Source: a virus (Duplodnaviria; Caudoviricetes). From it: 33,119 nucleotides of DNA. The position numbers and the translations under genes were made by a program. The stretch spans positions 1 to 33,119 of IMG/VR virus record IMGVR_UViG_3300031949_000121; one strand, written 5' to 3'. Under the pieces are notes generated by a model. It saw only the letters and a list, made by a program, of their open reading frames with translations. It was not told the origin of the DNA and searched no databases. This document shows positions 8,342 through 16,663 of the stretch, piece by piece (positions within the stretch are counted from its first letter, which is position 1; every line of letters begins with the position of its first letter).

Positions 8342-10221
8342 CAGCCGTTCCAGTTCCGCGTGCGCGGAGTGCGAGGGGCCGGCTGCTGCTGTTGAGCCTG
8401 GGCGGGCGCCGCGAGTTGATCCCGCATCTGCCTCACCAGCCTGTCATGCGCGCCGCCGCTGATGATGTCGAACGCCGCGCGCGCGTAGATCATGGTGTCC
8501 CATGCCTCGTTCCGCGCGCCCTCCTGCTTCACCCAGCGCTCGTATGCGACGCCGTTCCGGTAGTACCGCTCGCGGTGCTCGACCGTGAGCTGGACAAAGT
8601 AGGGCTCGCCGAGGAACGAGCCGAAATGGATCGTGCCGGGCCCGCCGGGCGGGAGGGCTAGGGCGGCCGCCAGCTCCGCCTTGCCGGCGTCTACGTTGAG
8701 GCGCTGCAGCTGCACGGGGCGGGCGTTACGCCCGTGCGTCCGTGGGCTGATCTTCATCACGAGCGGCTCGGCCGTACCGTGGGACTCGCCCTTCGCTGCG
8801 AAAATCCGCCGATGCTGCTGCGCGACGACGAATGAATAGACCTCGTCCGCGAGGAAACCGCTGTCGACGCAGGTGCCGTGAATGCCGATCCTCCGACCGG
8901 AAGTGTGCCCGTAGGTCTCAGCGAGCGCTGCCGACAGCTGATCCCACGTCTCGCGGCGCCGCGGGTCACCCGGTACGCTCTTCCAGTCCACGACCCAGCG
9001 CTCGAGATGCTCGCCCCAGGCCACGACGTGCACCTCGATGCGGTCGGCCTGGACGTCGACGCCGGCCGTGAGTACCGTCGCCGGCTCCGGCACATCCACG
9101 TCGGTCCCGTAGTCCTCGCGCCGCCCAAGCAGGACATGAGGCTCCACCCGCGGCGAGTCGCGATCCTCCCAGCCTTCCGCGAGCGAGGTGTTGATGAAGA
9201 CTCGCAGCGACTCGCGGCCCCGCGTATGCGCCGACAGGAATTTCCCCACGAGCTCGGGCAGGCTCACCCAGGGCGAGAGCATGGCAGGCACGTGGAAGCC
9301 GATAAGGCCGGGCTCCTGGGACTCGGCGGTCGCTCGCCATTCGCCGCCGGCGACGAGCGCTTGACGTCCCGACTCCAGAATCCTCCGGTCGCACCCGCCG
9401 TGCTCCGAGTTGGGGCACTCGATCCTGGCGCTCGAGGCGTCGCGCTCGTCGAAGGCGACACGCATGTGTTCCGGGTCGTTCCAGGTGACCCAGTCCTCGC
9501 GACCACACCGCGGGCAGGCGACAAAGTAACGGCGCTGGTCGCTTGCCTGGTAGAGGCTATCGATGCGCCCGCCCTTCAAGGTCGGGGTGCTCACGAAGAT
9601 CGCGAGCCCGTCATGGAATGTCGTGACGCGGTTGACGAGTAGTTCGGCGGGGTCGCCTTCTTCCCCCACGACCGGAGGGAAACGGTCCACGTCGTCGCCG
9701 ATCGCCATGCGCACGGCCCAGCGTGCGAAGGTGTTCGGCGTGTTGGCGCCGCCCAGGGCGAGGAAGCCGCCCGGGAACATCTTCAGCGCGAGCGTCGATT
9801 CCGGCCGGCCGTCCGTCCCGGGCATCCGCTTGTCCTGCACCACGGCCCGCAGCGCCGGCGTCGTCCGAATCATGTCGGAGAGCCGCTCCTTGCTGAACGC
9901 CTCCGCGGCCAGCGCCGTCGGGTGCACCAGCAGCATCGGCGCCGGCTGGTGCTCGATGTAATACCCGAGGATGTTGTTGAGCGACTCAGAGCCGCCGCTC
10001 TGATGGCACTTCATCAGCGCGATCTTCCGCACCCCGGGCTCGTGGACCGCGTCCATGATTCCCGCGAGATATGGGGCTGTCGCGGTGCGCCACCGCCCAC
10101 CACGCGCAGCCGAGGCCTCCGGCAGGACGCGCTCCTGATCCGCCCACTCGCTGACGGTGAGGACGGGCGGCGGCGTGCATGCGAGCGACCACTCGGGAAT
10201 CGGCGACGGAGCGAAGCTCAC
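8341..10221 (-). CDS. terL: Terminase large subunit, lambda gpA family
   Basis: LTVSEWAD, MKCHQSGGSE (Walker A-like), IGDDVDRF, STPT, DQRRYFVACPRC, LTAGVDVQ, RNEAWDTMIYA. Confidence 0.97.
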   Translation of the reverse strand: MSFAPSPIPEWSLACTPPPVLTVSEWADQERVLPEASAARGGRWRTATAPYLAGIMDAVHEPGVRKIALMKCHQSGGSESLNNILGYYIEHQPAPMLLVHPTALAAEAFSKERLSDMIRTTPALRAVVQDKRMPGTDGRPESTLALKMFPGGFLALGGANTPNTFARWAVRMAIGDDVDRFPPVVGEEGDPAELLVNRVTTFHDGLAIFVSTPTLKGGRIDSLYQASDQRRYFVACPRCGREDWVTWNDPEHMRVAFDERDASSARIECPNSEHGGCDRRILESGRQALVAGGEWRATAESQEPGLIGFHVPAMLSPWVSLPELVGKFLSAHTRGRESLRVFINTSLAEGWEDRDSPRVEPHVLLGRREDYGTDVDVPEPATVLTAGVDVQADRIEVHVVAWGEHLERWVVDWKSVPGDPRRRETWDQLSAALAETYGHTSGRRIGIHGTCVDSGFLADEVYSFVVAQQHRRIFAAKGESHGTAEPLVMKISPRTHGRNARPVQLQRLNVDAGKAELAAALALPPGGPGTIHFGSFLGEPYFVQLTVEHRERYYRNGVAYERWVKQEGARNEAWDTMIYARAAFDIISGGAHDRLVRQMRDQLAAPAQAQQQQPAPRTPRTRNWNG

Positions 10222-10793
10222 GGCTTCTCCGCATCGACTACACGCTCGAGGTCGAGCGTGTTCTGCCAGCGCGCCATCTCCTCTTGCGCCTCGCGGATCA
10301 GATCCGCCAGCACCGGCTCCGAGGTGCGCGGGATCACGCCCGCGCGGATGAGCCTGGACGGAATCGCGCGCAGCTTCGCCATCGTCGCCCGGATGTAGGC
10401 CTGGCCCTCCTTCACGACCTGCTCGCGCGGCAGAACCGCTCCGCGCTCGCGGGCCAGACGGAGCTGGTTCAGCTCGGCCTGCGATCGGTCGCGTGCGTCC
10501 CGCGGGGATTCCACGCTGTTGGTGAGCCGTACCCGCTCATGCGTCAGGTAGGCCGCCACGATCAGGGGCCCGGAGTAGACCGAATGGCGGCCTCCCGAGC
10601 CGGCCTGCTTCGCCCTGATGATCCCCTCGGACTCCAGCCGCGTGAATGTCCGGTCGCTGACAGTCAGCAGCCGAACCGCCTCCGGCCTCGGCAGGTGCTC
10701 GAGACTCCAAGATGGCTCGGCCGCGGAAGCCCGGGGCGCCCGCGTCTTGGGCGGATGCTTACGGCCGCGCACCGCACGTGCTCGCCCCGCCAC
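10218..10793 (-). CDS. terS: Terminase small subunit (Nu1-like)
   Basis: Winged HTH (EAVRLLTVSDRTFTRLESEG), coiled coil ending LARERGAVLPREQV and LRAIPSRL; overlaps the terL start. Confidence 0.85.
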   Translation of the reverse strand: MAGRARAVRGRKHPPKTRAPRASAAEPSWSLEHLPRPEAVRLLTVSDRTFTRLESEGIIRAKQAGSGGRHSVYSGPLIVAAYLTHERVRLTNSVESPRDARDRSQAELNQLRLARERGAVLPREQVVKEGQAYIRATMAKLRAIPSRLIRAGVIPRTSEPVLADLIREAQEEMARWQNTLDLERVVDAEKP

Positions 10794-10947
10794 CTATAGG
10801 GCCTTGCGAGGCGGTGAAATGCTGCGCCGCTCAGACCCGCTGTGCTGGGGGATCACGAGGGGCCCACGCTGTCTACGCGCACACGCGTGCAGTCCATGTC
10901 GATCGCCTTCTAGCGGCGGGCGTGGCCCCCTTAGCCATCGGCCCCCC
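10794..10947. other. Intergenic region upstream of terS; candidate cos/packaging site
   Basis: Positional analogy to lambda; minus strand GGGCCCCTCGTGATCCCCCAG loosely resembles the lambda cosQ-proximal GGGTCCT...GTGATCC. Confidence 0.35.
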
Positions 10948-11361
10948 CTAGCCATCGCCAAGGTCGTCCGAGATTCGGAGCACGTGGTTTGCACCGTTCG
11001 GGAACGTGGTGCGGACGCCGGCTGCATCCACGACTTCGCACTCGAAGACGTGCTCGAGGTCGCCCTCTTCGATCACCGGTAGCGAGGGGATGAATCCGCC
11101 CACCGTGTACGGGCTGGCCTTTGTGCCGGCGCCTGCACTACCCACATCCCAATCGCTCTCGATGGGATCGTAAATAGCCCAGCCGTCCGTGCCCGGCGGA
11201 GTCTCGATCTCGAAGTCGCGCTGAAGATAGATGCCGTTCGAGAGCTTGATGTTCAGCTTCCGGACGGTGCTTTCTTCCAGGTCCTTGGGTGTACCATCCG
11301 ACTCCATTAGCTGCGCCCGGAGGCCCTTCGTATCTCCGCGTTTCAGCGTCCAGACACTCAT
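10948..11361 (-). CDS. BppU-N/DUF2479-like virion adaptor protein
   Basis: LKRGDT...L...DG.PKDL...TV, GWAIY...DWD and FECEV...G..TTFP..G...LRI.DDL pattern of small Ig-like fibre or baseplate adaptors. Confidence 0.6.
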   Translation of the reverse strand: MSVWTLKRGDTKGLRAQLMESDGTPKDLEESTVRKLNIKLSNGIYLQRDFEIETPPGTDGWAIYDPIESDWDVGSAGAGTKASPYTVGGFIPSLPVIEEGDLEHVFECEVVDAAGVRTTFPNGANHVLRISDDLGDG

Positions 11362-13931
11362 CAGCTCACCCCCGTGTCGGAGCCATCAATCACCAGGCGC
11401 GTCGCCGATGCAGCGATGTCAAGACGCGTGGCCGATGCGGCAAGGATGCTACGCGTGGACTGACCCAGCTCGGCGCGGATCGGCGCGTAGACGAAGGAGA
11501 GGGCGGCAGCCGTGGACGATCCGGCGGCGGCGCCTGACGCGGCCGCCCTGGGAGCTCCTGCGGCCAGGGCCGTAGCAGATCCAGATGCGATGCCGGAACC
11601 GATGGACGTGCTAGCCCCGACGCCGTTAAGCATGGCGGCGCCGGACGAACTCGCCGCGGAAGACGCGGTCGAAATTCCGACGGCGGCCGCAGTCGCCGTG
11701 CCTGCGGCGGCTGCGTTCGATGCCCCTCCGCTGGCGCCGCTCGCCGTAGAAACACCAGCGGAACTCGCGATAGTCTCCGCGACCGAAGACCCGGCGGCGG
11801 CGGCGGCGCCCTGGCCAGCGGCGGCGCCAGCGCTTGCGCCAAAACTTGAGCCGACAGCAGGGGCCACCGCGGTACCGGGGGCCGAGCCGACGGCGGAACC
11901 GGTCGCGGCGCCAATTGCGGCGGCCGACGCCAGGCCGGCAGAGGACCCTACCGAAGCGCCCTCGCTGAGCGCCGATGCGGTCGCGGCGCCCGCAGCCTGC
12001 GCGGCGGACGCGGCGGACGCGGCGCCCGCGGCCTGCGCGATAGCAGAGCCGGGAGCGACCCCTGACGCAGCCGCCGCGCTCGCCCCGGCAGCGGACGCGG
12101 TAGCGACGGACGCCGACGCGCCCGAAACCTGCGCGGTCGTGGCGCCGACACCGGCCGCGGTACCCTGACCCGGAGAGGCCGCATCTGCCGCGGCCACGCT
12201 CCCTGCGGTCCCCTCCACGGCAGCGGAGCCAGCCGAACTCGCGGCGGCCTGGGACTCCGAACCTCCACCGGCGGAAACCGTCCCTTGGCCCGCGGAGAAC
12301 GCGTCCGCCTCCGCGGAACTGATTCCGACCGCCGCGGCGGACGCGGCGCCGGATGCTGCACCCTCCGCTGGTGAGGTCCCTACCCCGAGGCCTGCGCCGT
12401 CAACCGTCGCCGTGCCCGCGGCGGCCGCCCTCCCCGCGGCGAACGAGATGCCAGTTGCGAGCGCGTCTGCCTGGCCTGCTGTGGTGGCCGCTGCGGACGC
12501 GACGCCGGCGCCAGCGCCCGTAACAGCGGAGACGCCATCGGAACTCGCACCGGCGGCCTTGGTTGCGGATCCCGACGCCTGGACGGTCGCAGCGCCGACA
12601 GAGGCACCACTGGCGCCAGCGGTTGCGCCGCCCGCGGCGGACGCCAGAACACTTCCGGCGGCGACCGCGAGGGACAGGGCGAACGAGGCACCGATGCTGG
12701 CTACGGTCGCGGCGCCCGCGGACGCGGCGACGCCGTCCGTCGTTCCAGCGGCGAGTTCCATCGAGAGCGCGACCAGGATGTGGTAGCTCGCGCTGTAGTT
12801 CGGCGCTACGTCGAAGTCCTCGGCGATGTCGAAGTCGATGTTCGCCGTGCCGGAGGACAGCGAGGCGATGCCGAACAGCACGTTAGCTAGCTTGTCGGTG
12901 GAGGCGTGGTTCTTCGCCCCACCGGCGCGCCCAAACCCCGCCGTGGGCCAGTCCGTCTCGGATATCTGAATGCGCGCGTACTGGCTCTTCGCGCCATCCC
13001 CGAGCGCGTCCGTCAAGGAGAAGCCGAAGATCAGGTGATCTCCGGTCGCCGTGACCGGATGCGCGTTGTGCGTCGCACACTCCTGGAAGGTATCTATAAC
13101 CGAATGCGTGATCACGCCCGTGCTCAGGACCGCGCTCACGTCCTTGAACGCCTGAAGCCGCAGCGCGAACACCTTGGTGTCAGTCACGTCGTGCGTCGCG
13201 GAGCTCGTGTGGAACCGGCTCCGCGCCGTCGTGTCGGACGCGACGTTCTCGGCGAGGTACGCGGTGATCAGCGGCCTCGACTCGAAGGTGTCCTCGCCCT
13301 GGTACTGAAGCTCACCACGCGAGCCGCCCACGTCGAGGTCTTGAAACAGGTCCGCCGTCACGCTGTCGATCAGCCACTGAGCGAAGCCCAGCACCAGCCA
13401 GTCGTCGCCACCCGAGGGCAACGTGACCGAGGCTCCGGTCGTGCCGTAGGTCGTGGGCGCGTCGCCGCTGTGAGTCGCTTCCGCGTACCGGAAGTCACCC
13501 GCAGCGAGGTCCCCGAGCTTCAGGACGACGATGCTGAAGTCGTCGTACCGAGCCGTACCGGAGCTTCCGTTCGCCAGCGAGACCGAGAAGTACAAGTTCT
13601 CATTTGTGACCAGCGTGTGCCGCTCGAACCAGCCGTAGGGGTGAAGGCCCTGCGAGTCAGTCGAACCCGCCTCGCCGCCTGCGAGGGAGTCGCTCCAGTC
13701 GGCGCGCCCGGCGTACGTACTCCCGCGGCCGACTTGGAAGCTCATGTTGGTGGACGTGGTGCTACCGCCGAGCCCAACGCGGACGAGGATCAGGACATCG
13801 TCCCCGGCCGCGAAGCCAGCCGTTGTCAGGTCTGTCCAGGGAACGGTGTAGTTGGTCTGCTCAACCGGGGTGGTCGAAGTCGTAGTCCGCCCCGTGGCGT
13901 CGACCTTGCTGTAGTGAGTGATCGCGGCCAA
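11361..13931 (-). CDS. Fibre-like protein with a beta-rich N-terminal region and about 21 Ala/Gly/Ser-rich 20-aa repeats
   Basis: 856 aa open frame; TTG start with GAGGGG SD; repeats counted by eye; flanked by two virion-type genes. Confidence 0.7.
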   Translation of the reverse strand: MAAITHYSKVDATGRTTTSTTPVEQTNYTVPWTDLTTAGFAAGDDVLILVRVGLGGSTTSTNMSFQVGRGSTYAGRADWSDSLAGGEAGSTDSQGLHPYGWFERHTLVTNENLYFSVSLANGSSGTARYDDFSIVVLKLGDLAAGDFRYAEATHSGDAPTTYGTTGASVTLPSGGDDWLVLGFAQWLIDSVTADLFQDLDVGGSRGELQYQGEDTFESRPLITAYLAENVASDTTARSRFHTSSATHDVTDTKVFALRLQAFKDVSAVLSTGVITHSVIDTFQECATHNAHPVTATGDHLIFGFSLTDALGDGAKSQYARIQISETDWPTAGFGRAGGAKNHASTDKLANVLFGIASLSSGTANIDFDIAEDFDVAPNYSASYHILVALSMELAAGTTDGVAASAGAATVASIGASFALSLAVAAGSVLASAAGGATAGASGASVGAATVQASGSATKAAGASSDGVSAVTGAGAGVASAAATTAGQADALATGISFAAGRAAAAGTATVDGAGLGVGTSPAEGAASGAASAAAVGISSAEADAFSAGQGTVSAGGGSESQAAASSAGSAAVEGTAGSVAAADAASPGQGTAAGVGATTAQVSGASASVATASAAGASAAAASGVAPGSAIAQAAGAASAASAAQAAGAATASALSEGASVGSSAGLASAAAIGAATGSAVGSAPGTAVAPAVGSSFGASAGAAAGQGAAAAAGSSVAETIASSAGVSTASGASGGASNAAAAGTATAAAVGISTASSAASSSGAAMLNGVGASTSIGSGIASGSATALAAGAPRAAASGAAAGSSTAAALSFVYAPIRAELGQSTRSILAASATRLDIAASATRLVIDGSDTGVS
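11491..12734 (-). repeat. Coding degenerate tandem repeat, 60 bp/20 aa period
   Basis: Units such as GVAASAGAATVASIGASFAL, ADAASPGQGTAAGVGATTAQ and SAASSSGAAMLNGVGASTSI, usually with Gly at positions 7 and 15. Confidence 0.85.
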
Positions 13932-13950
13932 ATTGACCCCTCAGATCGAA

Positions 13951-14001
13951 GGGCGGGCCAACGAGAACTGGCCCGCCCCCCTCCCGTCTGCCTGCGGGAG
14001 G
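13951..14001 (-). terminator. Two tandem intergenic hairpins (attenuator or mRNA-stabilising element)
   Basis: GGGCGGGCCA-8nt-TGGCCCGCCC (13951-13978) and CCTCCCG-8nt-CGGGAGG (13980-14001); only TT follows on the minus strand, so termination would be weak. Confidence 0.55.
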
Positions 14002-14013
14002 CGCGGCGCCGGC

Positions 14014-14442
14014 TTAGTCTTCGGTGACCGTGCTCGCCGTGGTGAGCCGTGGCGTGACGCCGTCGCCGCACACGATGTTCGGCGTGATCGTGCCGGAGTA
14101 CAGGATCTTGCCCGCACCGCTCGCGAGCGTTCCGACGGCGAAGTGCGTGGCCGTTCCGCTTCCGCCCGTCCCGGCGGGGAAATCGATGTTCGCCGCCGGG
14201 CTCACCGACGCGCCGCTCACCGTCCAGCCGCCCGAAGTCCGCGCCACGGCCACACGGGCATAGCTCGTGTACGCGATCTCATTCGATTGCTGGTTGCCTG
14301 CCTCGCCCGGATCCGCCGTGTGGAGGCTGACGTACAGGTTGGTCAACGGACTGGTGGCGTCGTTGTCGGCGAGGTCGGCGATGCCCACCGCGTTGAAGAT
14401 CAGCTGAAGCAGGTCGTTCTCGAAGACGTTCCCCTTACTCAT
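14014..14442 (-). CDS. Small phage fibre/structural subunit protein
   Basis: Start ATG 14442 with GGAGGGAG SD; LYVSLHTADPGEAG...EIAYTSYARVAV...IDFP...TATHFAV...ILYSG is a recognisable small virion protein family often labelled phage tail fibre protein. Confidence 0.75.
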   Translation of the reverse strand: MSKGNVFENDLLQLIFNAVGIADLADNDATSPLTNLYVSLHTADPGEAGNQQSNEIAYTSYARVAVARTSGGWTVSGASVSPAANIDFPAGTGGSGTATHFAVGTLASGAGKILYSGTITPNIVCGDGVTPRLTTASTVTED

Positions 14443-14701
14443 TTGACTCCCTCCATGCGGCGTTGCCCGGACGCGCGAAGAACCACAGCACGCCCAAGAA
14501 CGCCGCCACGAAAAATGCAAGGAGCACAAGCGCGAACCGGATCCAGCCGCCCTCTCGCGGGACAACGTCAAGCCCGAACGAGAGCAAGGCCGGGATCGCA
14601 CCGTTGAGAAGCGCGACTCCGGCCGTCTGGACCACGAAGGAGAGGCGCTCCCTCAACGAGAGCAGGGCCCAGGTCCGCTGGATCTCGGCGGTCGTGCTCA
14701 T
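14435..14701 (-). CDS. Small membrane protein, 2 predicted TM segments (holin candidate)
   Basis: 88 aa from ATG 14701 (ATGA overlap); hydrophobic FVVQTAGVALLNGAIPALLSFGL and FALVLLAFFVAAFLGVLWFFA. Confidence 0.6.
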   Translation of the reverse strand: MSTTAEIQRTWALLSLRERLSFVVQTAGVALLNGAIPALLSFGLDVVPREGGWIRFALVLLAFFVAAFLGVLWFFARPGNAAWRESNE

Positions 14702-14889
14702 CCCTTCGGTGCCGTCGGCGTCGCGTCCTTCGGGCTGCGCAACCAGAAGCCGAGCGCCGCGGTCAGGAACGTCGCGCCCAGCGCCGGGAGCATCCCCATC
14801 AGCTCGGGACACGCCCCTGATAGCTGCTGCATGATCGCGGCGAAGCCGGCCGCGGCGGCGCCGAACGCTGTGACCTTGAGTCCCCTCAC
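14698..14889 (-). CDS. Small membrane protein, 2 predicted TM segments (holin candidate)
   Basis: 63 aa; two hydrophobic stretches and a short basic tail; coupled at both ends. Confidence 0.6.
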   Translation of the reverse strand: MRGLKVTAFGAAAAGFAAIMQQLSGACPELMGMLPALGATFLTAALGFWLRSPKDATPTAPKG

Positions 14890-15455
14890 GGCTCACCTCC
14901 TGTGGGCATCGCCACCGCGACCCCGATCCGCGTGAATCCACCCTCGCCCGTCACGTGGTCCGCCACCGCGGACAGCGCGCGCCAGAGCGGGACCTGCGCC
15001 ACCACGATCCCGCGCACACCGTCCCCTGCAGCCTTGTGCCGGCCGGCCATGACGTACACGTAGCCGGCGCCGCGGCCCAGCCGCACGCCCGCGCCCCAGG
15101 TCCTCGGCGAGGACGAGTCGCCCTCGAGCCGCGCGGTGATCCCGTACACCGCCGCGATCCCCAGGCCAGGCCGCACGTCGTAGTACGCCCCGCCGTGAGC
15201 CTCGACTGACGAGTAGCCGTCGAGCCCGGCGTCGAGGTCCAGCTCCTCGCCAGGCAGCGCGGAGGCGTCCACGCGGCCCACCACGTGCAGCCCCCTGGCG
15301 ACGTGCACGTTCGCGGCGACGCGCCCGCCCCACACCTGCTGCGTGTCACCGGACTGCGTGAGCAGCACGCGCCAGGCCCAGGCCCCAGCCTGCGTCTCCT
15401 GAGTGCTGGCGCTGGCGGCCAGCAGGACAAACGCGGCCGAGAGCCAAGTCCTCAT
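14886..15455 (-). CDS. Secreted protein, putative outer-membrane beta-barrel
   Basis: Start ATG 15455 (ATGA overlap); signal peptide MRTWLSAAFVLLAASA followed by about 10 amphipathic Gly/aromatic-rich strands. Confidence 0.6.
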   Translation of the reverse strand: MRTWLSAAFVLLAASASTQETQAGAWAWRVLLTQSGDTQQVWGGRVAANVHVARGLHVVGRVDASALPGEELDLDAGLDGYSSVEAHGGAYYDVRPGLGIAAVYGITARLEGDSSSPRTWGAGVRLGRGAGYVYVMAGRHKAAGDGVRGIVVAQVPLWRALSAVADHVTGEGGFTRIGVAVAMPTGGEP

Positions 15456-15679
15456 CGCTTGCCACCCTCCTCGGGGCGCTTCTGGTGCCACTCCAGGGCG
15501 TCCTGCCAGGTCTGGTAGCTCTCGCCGCGCGAGGACACGAAGGCCACGACTGAGGCCCATTCCGAGGGCTTGAGCGACGTGCTCTCCGATCCATGTTCGA
15601 TGAGCACGGATCCATCCTCGGCGCGCTGGAAGTAAAAGCCGTCACTCGCGTGATGGTGCGGGCGCTTGCGGTCGATCAT
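15452..15679 (-). CDS. Hypothetical protein
   Basis: 75 aa; ATGA-coupled at both ends; normal amino-acid composition. Confidence 0.65.
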   Translation of the reverse strand: MIDRKRPHHHASDGFYFQRAEDGSVLIEHGSESTSLKPSEWASVVAFVSSRGESYQTWQDALEWHQKRPEEGGKR

Positions 15680-16335
15680 CGCTTGCTCCCCATCCGCGAC
15701 AGCGCGTCCACCACCATCTGGCGGAGCGACCGGATCTCCTCGTCAAACTCCCGCGTTGCCCGGTCCAGACGCTCGTGTAGCTCCCGTCGCGCTGCGGTCC
15801 CGGCCTCGTGATGCTCTTTCTCACGCTCGCTCAGCGCCCCAGCTTCGCCCTCCACATGGAACAGCCGCTCGATCAATGGCTGCCGCTCGGCCGCGAAGCG
15901 CGTGAAGTCGGCTCTCGTCTCGCGTGCGGTGCTCAATGCCAGCTCCGCCTTTCCGAGGATCTCCTGCAGGAGATTCCGCAGGTCATGGAACTCCCGCAGC
16001 CGCTCCTCGATCCGCCGCAGCCAAGCGGCGCTGAACACGTCCTCGTCTTGTGCGGTGTGAGGCTTTCGGCGCCGGCCCCGATGCTTGCTTGGCTTCGTGG
16101 CTGCCTCCCGTGGTGGCTGTAGAGCGGCAGGGACCAGAGCCACACCCACCGTGCCACGATGCGCGGTGGCGCTGAGTCGCTTGGCCTCGATGGGCACGCT
16201 GGCGCACTCGTGCGCCTCGGGCTCCCAGTGGGCTCGGCAATAGAAATTGAGGCAACCGCCACCGGGGCCAGAGACACAGCGATCCAGATCCGCCTGCAAC
16301 GAGCAGCGAACGTAGGCGCAAACTCCGACCAGCAC
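15676..16335 (-). CDS. AN1-like zinc finger plus coiled-coil protein
   Basis: C-x4-C-x8-C-x7-C-x4-C-x2-H-x5-H-x-C at the N-terminus; heptad-rich C-terminal half. Confidence 0.65.
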   Translation of the reverse strand: MLVGVCAYVRCSLQADLDRCVSGPGGGCLNFYCRAHWEPEAHECASVPIEAKRLSATAHRGTVGVALVPAALQPPREAATKPSKHRGRRRKPHTAQDEDVFSAAWLRRIEERLREFHDLRNLLQEILGKAELALSTARETRADFTRFAAERQPLIERLFHVEGEAGALSEREKEHHEAGTAARRELHERLDRATREFDEEIRSLRQMVVDALSRMGSKR

Positions 16336-16336
16336 T

Positions 16337-16663
16337 TCACACGGCCCTCTCGGGGTCCGGCTCGACGGGCAGGCGCGGCCGATGCAGCTTCACCTTGCCG
16401 CGCGAGGTCCACGCCAGCTCGCGCGCCGCCTTGATTTGCTCCAGCAACAGTTGGCCGTCCGCCTCCGGCACGCGCTGATGGAGCAGGACGAGCCGTAGAA
16501 TTTTGCGATTGAAGTCCAGCGCCGCGTGCGAGTCGCGGTCCGCGCGCTTGATCGCCCCGTAGGCCCACCACGCGAGGCGAATCCCAGCCAGCACGCCCGC
16601 CGCGATCAGCGCCGACAGCGCCTTGTTCGCCACGTCGAGCCAGTCGATCCCGCTCAGGACCAA
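16337..16663 (-). CDS. Single-TM membrane protein (start uncertain: TTG 16663 or CTG 16657)
   Basis: ALSALIAAGVLAGIRLAWWAY hydrophobic segment, then a helical soluble part. Confidence 0.55.
   Translation of the reverse strand: MVLSGIDWLDVANKALSALIAAGVLAGIRLAWWAYGAIKRADRDSHAALDFNRKILRLVLLHQRVPEADGQLLLEQIKAARELAWTSRGKVKLHRPRLPVEPDPERAV

Noticed and set aside
11491-12734. Repeat region as a CRISPR array, collagen fibre or tail tape measure
   Set aside because: The repeats are degenerate and in-frame coding with no constant DNA repeat and spacer, no G-X-Y triplets and no aromatic-spaced helical pattern.
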